A stretch of DNA of 64,000 nucleotides from the NCBI GenBank assembly GCA_026770705.1, contig JANJGN010000035.1, positions 13,330,001-13,394,000 of the forward strand, given 5' to 3'. This DNA comes from Isurus oxyrinchus (taxonomy: Eukaryota). Under the pieces are notes generated by a model that was not told the DNA's origin, made no database searches, and worked only from the letters and a program-made list of their open reading frames with translations. Below, one piece after another: positions 10,341 through 23,574 of the stretch (position 1 is its first letter; each line of letters opens with the position of its first letter). Both the position numbers and the translations under genes were made by a program.

Positions 10341-12544
10341 CTTTGTTCAAATAGTTATTGAAATCAGCGGAACCGTAAAATCCCCCCGGCATAAAAGTTC
10401 CCCTTCTTAACTGTGAGGTGGTCTATATCTGCTCCTCCATCATCGGTTTGCATTTCACCTCGTGCTGCATCAAGTTAGGAGGACTTTCTTTTTCAGCTTT
10501 CAGCTTTGGCCTCTAACATTTTTATGAATGTTTTATTCTCATTCGCACAGCAAAATTAATTGATACAATCGAAAAGACTGCATTCACATTTCATGTTCTG
10601 ATGTGGGCACAGTGGCTCAGTGGGTTATTCAAGACAGCGCCTTGTAGCCAAATCACATTCATGCCTTTAAAAAGCCTATCATTTACATGCAGGCCGGTAC
10701 TGCCATGTCTATTAATTTCCCTGGCCTCTCATAGAATTACCAAAGTTAAACATAACTGTTTTTTTATGTTTGATGTCGGTGGCATGTCATTCATGAAGGG
10801 AAGCAAAAGGAAGGCAGTGGGTCTCTATGTACTTGAAATGTTTGAAGAAATAACAGCTAACCTTGAGATTTTGCGATTGCTAATCCACTGAGTTAGGAGT
10901 TGCACCATGTGAATGAAAGTTCTCCCTTCCAGATAGTGTTGCACAAAGGACAATTGAATAATTATCTCTTAATAAAAGTCAGGGGAAAGCGGTGCAGGAT
11001 TTGTCAAACATTGATCACTAATTCATTTTACTTCTGTTTCATTTTGTTGGAATGTTGTTTCTGTATTCTTTGTTCTTTAACTTAAGGTGAATTTTAGAAC
11101 ATTGTGAACCTGTGCTGAGGCAAATCAGATCCCCCAAAACCAATCACCCTTTGTTTGTTTGCCATAAATGCCTGGGGTCCACTAGAAACCGTCTTCTTGG
11201 TGATATTTTATCATGTGGCCTATTAGTGTATAAATTTTTTAAGTTATTCCCTATCCCTGTCTGTGCCTGTTATGAATTGCTCAATTCACCTTTATGGATT
11301 GTTTCGTCAGGTTTTAAATGGTTTTCACCTTTAATAGTATGATGAAAATATGTCACCAGAGTTTCTAAACCAATCATTGTATATTGGGACTGGAGTCACG
11401 GTCCTCATTTTTCTCGGTGGTGAGCATCTTGAGGAAACATCTGGAAGACGTTACATATGAGCTTATCATTCCAATAGAACATCAGGGTTAGTGAGGCAGT
11501 GTCAGCTCAGCTTTTGCCCGTCAATTGCAATAGACCAACTTCGATTGGATGAGTGAACTAATGACACTGCTCTTCCCATTCATCTTCGTCGTCATCCGCA
11601 ACTGCCCCACTGACAAGGCATATCTTGGCGGACAGTTTGGCCGGGGGAATGCTCCTGAATCAATCCAACAAGCCCAAGAGCGATGCATATCCTGATCAAC
11701 TGAGGAAATCAATGGTTCTGCAATTCAGCACGTTGGCTAATTAGATGCTCAGTTTCAGTTACTTCAAAATACAACATATTGTAAACGTTGCTTTCAACTT
11801 TGATGACTTTACAAGCCCGATGCGAATTTTCCCTCAGAGAAGCACCATATTGCTATTTCTGAGGCCATCAATAACTTTATTGATGCTTTACCCAAACTAA
11901 TTTCAAAATAAGTGACTTGAGCTTTCCTCGTGCTGTGCTTGTCAAGTCAATTCAAGTAGTTAAGTGTTGACAAGAGCTGAGAAATCTGCTAATCTGACCT
12001 TTTTACCAAAGTGTGATAATAGCCGCTTGTGCCTTCTTTCCCCTCGATATTGTCCTCACACTAACATTGATCAAGCACAGATTGTGCACTCAGCGCTTAT
12101 CTCTTCAGGCTTTTAGAATATTCCAGTAGAAATAGTCCACTCACCTCGCTACTTCTGCTCATTGATCGATCATTCCAATTTGTACCAGTCCCACCACTTC
12201 TCTCCTTATATTGCAGTACTTTAGTTCATATTCTAATGATCAATTTTCAATGTGACAGTTGAAACTGCACCCATCTAATTTTCAGGTACTGCATTCTATA
12301 TAACCTCAAACCACAGCGTGAAACACAACTAGTCCTCTTTGCACTGGTTACTTGGCCAACCATCTGCAATCTGTGAACACTACTTATGGGCAAGCTATGG
12401 GTTGGAACTGATTCTCCTCAACAACTGTAAAAAATCCCCTTCGTAATTTGCAACTTAGTCGTCTCAGCTCTAAGGAGGGGAACGTTAGCCTCTGTGGCAT
12501 CTGGACATTATTGAAGTCCTTCATTCCTTTGTATTCCTCCTCTC

Positions 12545-12900
12545 TCCTGGCAGTCAGTTGAGATCGAGAACGAAATTGCTTCCATTCCAGACCATCATGT
12601 TATGAAATGACTGCTGCTATCCAATGCACAATCTGCTGAACTTGACACATGAAATGGAGTTGAACTTGAAAGCGTCGGGTAGGTAAGGTGTTTGGAGGTT
12701 TGGGTTCTCCCTCAGACTCCCCAAAGGAGCCTTCATGCTTTTCCTTTGAAGCCTCAGAGTTTGTTCACTTCGTTCCCGAATAAAACCTCTCAGCATTGAT
12801 TAGTCAGAGACAAGTGCTACCTTAAGTAGGCAGTCGGGTTCGTTCTCATCAGGTATTCATTCAGGACTTCCCCAAGCCGTCATTGCTATCCAACCGGGGG
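12545..12900 (-). mobile_element. Possible very old RTE-type LINE 3' remnant
   Basis: ggcagtc..ttgagatcgagaacga..ttgcttccattcc resembles antisense RTE 3' ends; highly decayed. Confidence 0.3.
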
Positions 12901-13648
12901 CCTCTGGTGTGTAAGTTCTTTTTGCGCGATCATGAAAAACGAGGTGCGTGTTCAAAGGAAACCGCAAGATGCGTTGGCGCACATCTCACCGCTTGTGTGT
13001 AAAATCATGTTTGAACTCAATATTTTTTCTCTTTGTTTGATAAGCCGTGCCTGCCATACTGAACTGGGATATGTTGGCCAGAGCACATGCCGAGCTCCGA
13101 CAAGAAAGTGTTCAATGATTAGTATCTTCAGGAAAGGCTGCAGAAAGGTGAAACGTGGAATGTTTAAATAAAGATCTGTTGCTGCCAATTCACTTGCCTG
13201 TTCCAGAGTCGTTAAAAGGATAATAAAGAAGGGCGCCCCAAACGAGCTTTCCTGCTTTCTTCACGGATTTCTTCAGATTTAGACAAGAGAGTACAACAAA
13301 TGGTTCCGTTTTCCTACCCTAAATCCATGCCCCTCATTTTCTAACATCGTGATCCTATTTTGGGAATTCAATCACCCACATTAATTAATGTTATCTCCAA
13401 CATATTGAGGGCCCAATGCAGAAAAGTAGGAAAAGACAGCTGTCACATCATACGTCACAGTGAAAGAGCGAGTCCTTGACGGGAGTGAGAAGATTTATTT
13501 AGAGAGGGAGAAGGGCTTCAGGCTGTCAGCCTGTGATGAACATTTTCTGTAGAGAGCGGATTTCCCAGCAAACAGAGACAATAAGAGTGGAGCTTGCACT
13601 GAGTGTATTGTGTGTTTTAAGAACGCTGTGTGGTATTATGAAATGTAA

Positions 13649-13721
13649 GCCCACATATTTCAGTCGGTAAGATATCAGACCTCTGACTTGTCTGTCTGGG
13701 ATTCGAGTCCCTGTTAAGGCG
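13649..13721 (+). pseudogene. tRNA-Lys-derived pseudogene, strongly decayed
   Basis: GCCCACATATTTCAGTCGGTAAGATATCAGAC...GGGATTCGAGTCCCTGTTAAGGCG, 73 nt, at the same position within flanks homologous to 1400-3440. Confidence 0.8.
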
Positions 13722-15114
13722 TGTGTTTATTTAGTCACCACGTGAAACGGGGAAGAGGGAATAATTTTGACATGGTTTCCTTGTTCCCTGGACGATTTTA
13801 ATTTGCGTTCAGTATCAGAAAATGAACAGGTGCTTCAAATTTCAATAGCTTCAAATGCATCCGAGATTTGTGTTGTATATTTCCATCTACCACTTGAGGT
13901 TAATCTTCTTCCTGACTTGGTACTTGATTTTTTGAGTATTCCCATTCTTCACGTCGTTAGTAATGGAGTCTGTACTTCAACATTTCTACGCTATGTAATG
14001 ACTGACCAGTATATGCTTCAGTTCTGTGGGCTCAAGGGAATAAAATCCAGGAAAGTGCAAAGTGCACTACTATTTTTCTCAGTAAAACGCATAATCCTGC
14101 TAACGCCTCTGCACTGCTCAGACCCAGAGGTCAATATAATGCTGCCTATTGATCTAATTACTGCCGCTATGAATAAAGGGAATATGAGCAGGTTTAGCAT
14201 ATACTGCATTCCTGGACTTCCCCAACAATTGAACATGGTTCAATTTTGATCTCAATGCAAATTTCAGAATAGCCTTTCTACCTCTGTGCTGTCATGTGTA
14301 ACCGAGAAATGTCCATGTCTTTCTTCAATATAATCAGCGATAATTGACGGTTCTCCATATCTAAAATTGAAAACGTTCACAAGCCTTTGAATGAAAACGT
14401 TTCATTCATCACAACCTTCATGGCTGACCCCTGCCTCTGGGCCTCTGACTGCGGGATCTGGAGACCCGAGCCACAGCAAACCTTCCACCAAATCAGCATC
14501 ATCTCTTCATATTCTTCAAAAAATGAAGAGAATATAGAATCAAAAACAGAAAATGCGGGAAATACTCCGCAGGTCCGGGGTTGTTTGAAGTGTCACCTCC
14601 CAGGCCTTTCATTTAGAGGCTTGAATTTCCAATATAGAATTAGCAAATAATAACAGCGGCTCCAAAGAAACCGGAGAACGGATAATGAGTTTGCTGTCCA
14701 AACACTATCATTCTACTTCAGCGTCAACAATATGTTCAGGCGAATCGGAAATATATGTTCAGGCGAATCGGAAATCCATTCATGATGGCGACCAAGAGAA
14801 CAGCACAAAAAAAAATAAAAGCCAACATTTGAGTAACTCTATGTTCAAGGGTAAAGTGTTCAGAAGCAGCCCAATAACCTGGCCAATGGAAAATGCTGGC
14901 AGTGAAGTTTGCTTCTGTGCCTCCTGGTACCTCAGCATTGCAGTCACATTTCCTATTGGTCCACAATCGCGGCTTCATTTCACTTAGAGCAAAATAACGT
15001 TTCATAGCGGAGTTGAAGTTAATTCCAACTACCTGAATAGCAGTCAAACATTTACAGAGAGCCCAGGAAGAGACGTCAGGTGACAGAATGGTCACATTTT
15101 CAAAAAAATAGAAG

Positions 15115-15460
15115 TAAACATACAAATCTAAACCGCGTGTGTCAAAATGCACGGAACATTCCAAACAAAACCGACAAAATGATACAGCAAATGCAAATAA
15201 ATAATTATGATCTGAATACCTTTAAAGAGATATGACGACTTATTGATATCTGTTGAGACATGAATATTCAAGGGTATGTGATGTTTAGTAAGGTCCGTTA
15301 GTTATGAAAAAATGGAGAGGTTGCTCAGTTAGTTAAGAGAGACGAATGCGACCAGAACTAATGCTTTAAACCTGAATGAAGGCCATAATGATGGTATGAA
15401 AGCTGTCGAAAGTGAATTTTCATGTGAGGTTAAGGGATTGGTCAAGAGAGGTTTAGTGTC
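15115..15460 (+). mobile_element. CR1 endonuclease-region remnant with internal deletions
   Basis: tgtcaaaatgcacggaacattccaaacaaaa (CLNARSIRNK-like); homologous to 4280-5030. Confidence 0.6.
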
Positions 15461-16405
15461 ATAGAAACATAAGAAGTAGGAGCAGAAGATCGTAATTCAG
15501 CCGCTCGACACTGCTCCACCTTTCAAAGTGATCTCAGAAACTTCACGGCTAAAGAGTCCAGAAATCTATTTATTTTTTCTAAGAGTATACAGTGACTTGG
15601 ACTCCGCTGCATTCGGTGGTCGGGAATTCCATAGGTTCATCAGCCTCTTACTGCAAAAGCTTCCCCTCACCTCATCCCTTAATTGTCTAACCGATATCTT
15701 GAGACTGTGACTCCTTATTTTAGGCACCCCAGCCAGAGGTAATATGATCCCTACAGCCAGTCTGTCGCTCTCTGATAGCATTTTAAATATTTCAATGGGA
15801 TCTCCTCTCATTCTTCTAAACTCCTTTGAACACAGGACTAATCGGTCCAATCTCTGCTCCTGCCACAAACCTGTCATCCCTGGAATCAGCCCCGTCAAAC
15901 GTTGCTGCACAGATTCCATGCCTAGCATATTCTTTCTTGGTAACAGGCCCAGAACTGCACACACTACTCCAGGTGTGGTCTCACTAATACCCTGTTTGCA
16001 GCTGCAGTGAGCTGCAGCTCCTGTACTCAAGTTATCTCGCAATGAAGGCCAACAGGCCACTTGCTTCATTACTGCTTGATCCACCAGCATGGTTGCTTTC
16101 AGCGAAAGGCGTACAAGGGCAGCCAGGTCCCTCTGTACATCAACATTTCCCAATCTATCGCCATTTAAATAATACTCTGCCGTTCTGTTATTTTTTTCCT
16201 GCCATCGTTCATGACCTCACACTTGTGAACTTTGAAATTCATCTTTGATGCACTTGCTAACTCAATAAAACAGTCTCAGTTGCCTTAAAGCTGCTTACGA
16301 TGAAACCCATTGCGCGGAGTCACCAAAAAAAAGTGTCAGCAGCAAACTTGGAAATATTACATTTGGTTCGCTCATACAAATCATTGACATGTATTGAGAA
16401 CAGCA
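15461..16405 (-). mobile_element. CR1-type LINE 3' portion
   Basis: ORF 15566-16153 (-) has QRDL, LIPGMTGL, EFRRMRGDPIEIFK and NLWNS; the atagaaacataagaa tail is at the left end. Confidence 0.9.
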
Positions 16406-16409
16406 AAGA

Positions 16410-16950
16410 ACCATACAACATCAATAGGGGGATAAAAGTTAACGTACGAGGAAAAGCTATCTCGTAATGTAAAGGCAGTTAAGAAGCGTTTCTATAGATA
16501 TTTAAATACGAAAAGAGTTTTTAAAAAAGCTTTAGTCTTTCAGGATTTCTCTTTGGCGAATTGACAATGTTAACTAGGGAAGATGGTGGATGAGTTAAAC
16601 TTTTATTTTGCTTTGGCCTTCATTATAGAATTAACATCCTGGAAATAGGCGAAAACCGGAAAAGGAATGAAGGCAGAAACTCAGGGAAATTTCAATCGCC
16701 AAAGAAGCGGTATTAAGCAAATTGTGGGGGTTGTGGTTCCGGAAAGAAGTGGCTGGTTAAATGGCTGATGCTTTAATTTAAATTGTTCATAACTTCATAG
16801 ATCGTGCAAAGGTTCCATTACATTGAAATATAGTAAACAACTTATTCATTCAAAGAGAGAACGAGGCAGAAAGCAATAAAAAACAGGCCAGTTAGTCTAA
16901 CACTCACCACAGGGGAAATGTTTAAGACTCTTATTAGAGATGTTAGAGCC
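16410..16950 (+). mobile_element. CR1 ORF2 linker fragment
   Basis: gagatggtggatgagttaaacttttattttgct (EM.DELN.YFA) and aggccagttagtctaaca (RPVSLT). Confidence 0.7.
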
Positions 16951-18660
16951 AGAATCTCGCTACCACCTTCCCAATGGTAATTGGAAATGGATAACAAACA
17001 TTGTTCTTGCCAGCGATAACCACTCCCACGAGTAAATAAAAACATGTGTTCAGCATGTGAGAACAGGTTAATCCACTCATCCATGGAGTCAGTCTTGTGA
17101 ACCGTTGTTGTGCCACCTCCAAAGCAAGTTTTATCTCAATATGGAGACCCAGTTAAAGTTGAGGGATTTTATGGTCCTCAGCAGAGCACCATAAAATTTT
17201 TGCAAGACCCTTTTATTCGTCTACTCCAATCGCTTTGCAGTAAACATTCTATTTGCCTTGCAAAGTGGTTGCTGCAAATTCAAACTAACTTTCTCTGTAA
17301 CTTATAAATCTATGTGCATGCCCCTCTGACTTCAGCATTGCAAATGTCTTTATTTTAAAATATATTCTGTCTTTCTAACCTTGGGTCAAAGGGAATAATT
17401 TCACACTTCGACACATTACACTCCATACAATACTCCCTGCTCATTGAGATGGTACCTTGCTTCTTAACCGTCTCTTGGCGACTTACTGAATGTCAGAAAG
17501 AAAAATAAGTATACTACATCCAGTGCTCTCTCTTTATCTAACCTACAGTGTAAAAAGTTCCAATGATTTGCCAAAGAGGATTTTCCTGTCGTAAAACCAT
17601 GTTGACTCTTACTGATCAAACTCTATTTTTCCAACTGTTTTGTTTTGACTTCCTTAACAATTGATTCTAGCTGCTTCCCGAATTGATTTCAGGCTTCCAG
17701 ACCTGAAGCTCGCTTTGTCCTTTTTCCTTCCTTTCCCCAAAAGTGGCGTTGGATTGGTTCCCTTCCAATCCGTGAGAGTCCCATTGTTATCTAAGGAATC
17801 AAGGGCAATTATTCCCAGAACCACCACGACCTTTCTAGCTATATAAGTGACAGTAAGGTGTTTGGGATTGTAATATTGAAATCCTTTCGGTTTCTCTCCT
17901 ACTTCCTTTTTTAATCTGTTGATGTAAACCACCTCAACTTCCTCACTCTTACTGGCCCCTTGGTTACTTGTCATTTCTGGCAAGGAACCTGCTTCTCAGA
18001 ACATCAGGATAGTCATGAAACCTGTCTTCAATGTCACTGCGACGCCCTCTTTCCCAAGATAATTTGTAATATTTGTAAACAGCTCATTTTATCTATTTTA
18101 TACTTGTTTAGCCACATTTAATATTTACACCATTGTCAACTTTTTATTTTATTTTCCTTGGTGGCTAAAAGCTTCCAAATCGTCAGACTTGCTGCTGTTC
18201 TCTGAACATTATATAAGCCTCTTCTTTTAATGTAGTTATATCCTTAATGCTCTAGGAAAGAAACTAGTGGATCTTTCTTGCTGAGTTTTGTTTTCTTTAT
18301 CATTGGAATATGTTCTTGCTGAGCATTTTGAATTGTGCCTTTAGATGTCTCCCATTGGTTATTGACCCCCATAACCTTTAGATGTTTAGCCAATCAAAAT
18401 TCGACAGTACCCCATATATTTAGGTCATTGCCTTCAAGCTTTAGTTGTTTTTTCTGCGATTAGGGTTTGTCGCTTACAAACTTCATTGGCAAACCAATTC
18501 TATTATTCTCACTGTTTCCCTACGCATCTTTTGCTCTCGGATTGCAAATTAACCCCCCTCCCCCCCACCCATTGCACAATATTAGATATAAAACAGCATT
18601 ATCTCTTTCTACTTCCACAATCCCCAAATGGTTCCCCAGCACTATGAATAGGAGCATGGT
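16950..18660 (-). mobile_element. Old antisense CR1 ORF2 fragments
   Basis: ORF 17654-17983 (-) has DWKGTNPTPLLGKG and FRSGSLKS (DW..ANV.PLFKKG and YRPVSL-like); aaaaccatgttgact is antisense SQHGF. Confidence 0.7.
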
Positions 18661-19794
18661 TTAGATGACACAAGAAAGCAAGAAATAAATTGACGAGTGG
18701 GCCTTAGACGTATTCTGCCATTGTAACCTGATCCTCTGCAGCTGTTTCTGAAAAATCTATCAATATTATCCTGGCATGTGATCAGCTATTCTATATTCAC
18801 AGCAGCCTAGTTTTGACGATTCCGCAGATTTGCAACCCGGCATAATGTTCACTTCATCTCACTGCTGACATGTCCAATCCTACTCTTGAGTCGCTGACAC
18901 TTTCAGATGACAAGCTCAAATCCTATATTCTCGCCTCTAAACTGAAGGCGTTCTTCGAGGTTACATGCTTTTGTACATTTCCAATTCACCGCTTCCAATT
19001 TCGGATTGATCTCCCTGAAGAGGCGGCCCCATAACCTTTCAACAATAGTCTGCTGCAGTCTCGCAAATATATTAGGATTCGAATGGACGTGGAAAGCCAG
19101 AGAGAATGCTTACAACAATGGGTGCCTCCCATCTGAGTGCTTTGTCAGCTCTCGATAACAGCACTTTTGGACACTGGGCATTTTGCACAGAATATTCACA
19201 GGATATAAAACTACATGTCAGTAATGGTTTAATGGTAGACAATGGGCTGTGCATATTCAAACATTAAGGGGCACGAGTGCTTCAGGGAGATTTTCCCCAG
19301 TATCTATGAACAAGGTGTCATAACGTGAAGATGACAACCAATAATGTTATAAAGGAAACAGTTTCAAAAAATGTTTTGAAGCATGGACTCTCAGTTTGGA
19401 AGTCTGCTGTTATTGCCGAAGAGCTATTCGGACCCACAAGTCAACAAGGAGGAATAAGACCTGCATCTAACAATTAATGGTGAGGGTACATCGCTGGCCT
19501 CCAATACAGACTGCCTCAAATACTTAGGGAACACTAGTGCAGTGGACCTTTCCCTTTACAACTTTGCTTTGAATCTGTCAATATCGACAGAGATTCAGTG
19601 GCAGTTTTCAAAAATGGCCTAATCAAGGAGGCAAGCAGCCAATCCGCTTATACAATTCTAATGTACAGGAAAGCAGGAAATGACACTGACCGATTATTCT
19701 ACAATCATGTTATGGAACACAAAATAAGTAACTGTGCATAACATTTAGAAATAAGCTAACAAATCATAAACCACCATTAACAAAATATCGTGAT

Positions 19795-20770
19795 ATTTAA
19801 TTCATCCAATGGATTCGAATACTGCTGGCTCTGCCAGGATTTATTGTGCATGTATAATTGACATGGAGAGCTTGCTGGTGAGCCACTTTCTTGAACCGGT
19901 GGAGCCCATGTGTTCTTGGTACACTCAGAACACTGTTCGGGAGGGAGTTCCAGGATTTAAATGCAGGAACAATGAAGCAACGGCGATGCAGTTCCCAGTC
20001 AGGATTTTGCGTGAATTGAAGCAGAAATTTTTGTTGAAGGTGTTGCCACGCTTCTGCTGCCTTTGGCCTTCAAGGTGGTTGAGGTTGCCGGCTTTGGAAG
20101 AAGCTGTTGAAGGGTTCTTGATCAATTCCTGCAGTGTATTCTACAGATTGCACATACTGCTGACACTGTGTGTGGTGGTGGAGAAAGTGAATATTTATTG
20201 TAGCGTATGGGGTGCCAATCAACCAGGCGGCTTTCTCCTGGATGGTGTCGAGCTTCTTGACTGTTATTGGAGCTTGAAGTATCCAGACAGAAGGAGCTTA
20301 TTCAATCAATTTCCTCACCTTTTTATCTTAGATTGTAGACAGGCATTGTTGAGCCATGGGATAAGTTACTGTCTGCCGAATTACGAGCTTCTGAGCTGCT
20401 CTTGTAGTGATATCATTTTTATTATGACTGCTCCGTTTCAGTTTATGCCCAATGCTGACCCGACGAAGTTGATTCTGAGAGAGGGACTGAGCGCAAGTGA
20501 TGTCTTTGATTGTCAAAATCGAAATGGTTAGATACTCTCGTGTTGGAGGTGGTCATCACTTGGCACTGGTCTGGCGTGAATGTTGCTTACCACTTATCAG
20601 CTGAAGACTGACTGTTGTCGATGACTCGCTGAACATGGGACACAAAATTTTCCAGTACCTGAGGAGTCGCAAAAATGGCTGAACATTCTGCAACCTTCAG
20701 GGAACCTCTCCGCCTCTGGGCTTATCTTGAAGGGAAGGTCAGTGATGAAACAGTTGAAGATATTTAGGCC
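19795..20770 (-). mobile_element. 3' part of the second LINE family (same as 6145-7286), antisense
   Basis: Tail ttcatccaatgga...gctggctctgccag...ggtgagccactttcttgaac; ends ggaaggtcagtgatgaaacagttgaagatatttaggcc, which is antisense GP.IF.CFI.DLP. Confidence 0.8.
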
Positions 20771-20881
20771 TTTTTGTGATAGAAATGTTCTGCAAAATGC
20801 AATTTTTTGGGGAAGTAAATAGTAATCGCGAAGGCCTGTTGTGGGACAATGAAGAGCACTACGTTAACCTTTGCTGAGGAA

Positions 20882-20909
20882 GCCTGGACATCTCAGTCAG
20901 TAGAGAATC
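20882..20909 (+). pseudogene. 5' fragment of tRNA-Lys
   Basis: GCCTGGACATCTCAGTCAGTAGAGAATC vs GCCCGGATAGCTCAGTCGGTAGAGCATC (23/28); a diverged cassette downstream flank follows at about 21200-22210. Confidence 0.55.
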
Positions 20910-22932
20910 GCTCGCATAGCATGACAGTCTGGGCTGCCGGCCATTATGTTTGCAACACTACCAGCTGAGTCAGTTCACCTCGTATAGAGCGAGGAGGCAT
21001 ACACAGTTTATTCAGCACCTTCTCGCTCCCTGAACACAACCGGTTGTTACAAGGATTCAGTTACCTGAAATGTACACACTTTCCAAAAACTATGACCTTC
21101 AGTCATCTTTCAGAATTGTGTTCCACATTTACTGTGCAAAGCAAATATAAGCTCCTTGCCTTCATTCTTTATTGCTAGTGTTCAACCCTGGTTGAAAACG
21201 TTTTTTTTTCCTATTTAACCATCTCATGCGTTAGAAACCTTCGTCTGCACACTGTGCATTTTGATATGGTAATCAGAAACGAAATTATGAGTGTGAAAAT
21301 TGCATTCCTTATATACCCATTGAAATGCCAAATCTGCAGAACTTTCATTCCGAGGTCACAGTAAACTTCCCTGCCATTCATGCTATTATCTATAAGAGTG
21401 TAAGACTGGGAGCTGGAGTTGCATCTCCTGGCATTTATGACTGTTCCAATATTCAATACGCTCCTTGCTCATCTTGTATCCAAATTGCACCTTCTGGTAC
21501 TGCCCGCGTGTCCTTTTGACCGCACAGAAAACAGTGAAATTACTACTTCAGCCTCTAGTATAATCAGCGAGAATCCATGCATCCCTCTTGTCCAGAATTC
21601 TGATGATTCACAGGTCAGTGAATGAAAGCTTTTCATCGCAGGGATATTGGCCATTGCCTCTCTCTGTCACTTTAACAACATCTCCAAGAGTTCCAAGCCA
21701 TGGCAATCATTTACCCACCATGTGCTCACCTCACACTTCTAAGACATAGAGAACCAAAAAATTAAAACAGATAATGGAGGAAGTGTTTGACAGATCTTGC
21801 ATAATATGTGGCGAGCGTGGGCGATTTGAAGCGTCAACCCACAAGGCTATTCATTCAGATGCTAAGGCATTCCTAAATTCGAAAGAATGAATGATAACAG
21901 CGGCTCTAAAAGAACCACGAAAGTTGTTCCGCTTGGTCAGGAGAATCGCTGTGGATCAAAGTCAATATATAAGCTCAGGGGAATTTGAAAGACAATCGAT
22001 TCTGGAAAACTGGCCAGTTGCCCAATGATAAATGGCAAAGCTGAAGAAGGCTCAGCTCGAGAATTCAGCACCACAAAATAGCCAAAAAAAAGCTAACCAA
22101 TGAACGATGGTAGCAGTGAAATTGGCCTCCGCCTGTCATACTAACTCAGCATTGGGAATGCATTTTATGTTCATCGACAATCCCACGTCCAATTCACTTC
22201 ATAGCAAAATATTGTTTTAAAACCAGGTGGGTTCAGTATCATCCCCATTGTCTGCATGTCCTTCGAACCATTACAGGTACGAGAATAAGTCTTCAGAGGG
22301 AGGAAATTTCCACAAAGGTAACTGGTGCAACACGACGTGGGGCAACAATTTATTCAATGCAGAACTATCCAACTCGGGCAATGCTGCCTGTAACACCTTG
22401 CGGTAGAGTTATCCAATCGACAGTGCTCCAAGTCTAGTTTTCCTTCAGCAATGGTTTGTTTCTTCAGATGGTATGCCTTTTCTCGATTGTTGTTTCTGAA
22501 TCAAGATTCCAATTTAGGACTGCTGCACAGTCCTCCTAAGTAATGATCATTGCAAATAATGCTTGTAGCAAAGTTTGCACGTACATTTCAAAACACTGCT
22601 CGCAGTGTTGAGAGTTCCCATGTTGCATCACAGTGGTGCATTCATTCCCAACTCTCAAGCAGTGTGATGAAATGAGGAATGTTTCGATGACGATAGTCTG
22701 CTTCAAAATCCGCCAAGACAAATCAGTCATAGTGGATTGTTCCACATTTTTTGCCACAATGAACAACAATTGGTGCCGTTTTCCGAAACTTGCATCCAGC
22801 ATCTCCAAATTCCAACCTCCCGCTCTTTTATGTCTGTAATTTAATGAGACTCTTTAATTAATGCAATCTTCAGTAGTTTATGGGCCCATTGCTGAAACAT
22901 CCGATAAAAAAAGCTATCACCTCAAACACATC

Positions 22933-23088
22933 GCCCCTTGATGTTCATTGGCATTACGATCACTGAATCCCCCATATTGGGGTTTACCACTGGCCAGAAA
23001 CTGAACTGGACAAGTCATATAAATGGTATGGCGACAAGATCAGGTCAGAGGCTAGGAAACGGGCGGCGAGAAAATCACTTGCTGACGC
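22933..23088 (+). mobile_element. Short internal fragment of the second LINE family
   Basis: ggcattacgatcactgaatccccc...ccagaaactgaactggac...ggtcagaggctaggaa, homologous to about 6570-6720. Confidence 0.7.
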
Positions 23089-23280
23089 CACAATGAAATA
23101 GCGAGTCCTTGGTGGGAGTGAGAAGATCTACTAAGAGAAAGAGAAGGGTTCAAGGTTGTCAGCGTGTGATGCAAATGTTCTGCTGAGAGTGGTTTTCCCA
23201 GGAAGGAAATGCAAAACGAACGGCGGTTGTATAGCCTGTATTGAGTGTTAGCAGAACCATGTGCAATAGCAGGAACTGAT

Positions 23281-23353
23281 CCTCAGATAGCTCATCCGGT
23301 GCAGCATCTGACGTTTGACCCCGGGGTCCAGGGTTCAAGTCCCTGTTCGATCA
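23281..23353 (+). pseudogene. tRNA-Lys(TTT) pseudogene with an intact T arm and B box
   Basis: CCTCAGATAGCTCATCCGGTGCAGCATCTGACGTTTGACCCCGGGGTCCAGGGTTCAAGTCCCTGTTCGATCA; acceptor, D and anticodon stems are disrupted. Confidence 0.85.
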
Positions 23354-23574
23354 AAGCTTCTTATTGGCTCATTCAACAGAAAACATGGAATGAGTCACTT
23401 TGCAACGGTTTCCTTGCTCCCTTCGTGATTTTATTTGTGTCCAACATCAGAAAATGTACATTAAAATAGCTTCTAATGCCTCCGAGATTGGGTTTTCCAT
23501 GTCCAGATACCCAATATGTGGAAAAACTGCTTTGTGATTTGGCTTGTCATTTTTTGGGCTTTTGCATTCTTTAA

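Noticed and set aside
9823-10392. Pro/Leu-rich 189-aa ORF (and the Gly-rich ORFs at 34727-35131)
   Set aside because: These are translations of low-complexity purine- or G-rich repeats.
13649-13721. Anticodon switch to TCT (Arg)
   Set aside because: The anticodon and D stems do not pair; this is general decay rather than recoding.
19809-20531. Longest ORF in the track (240 aa) as a host gene
   Set aside because: It lies antisense to a decayed LINE 3' region and shows no recognisable domain.
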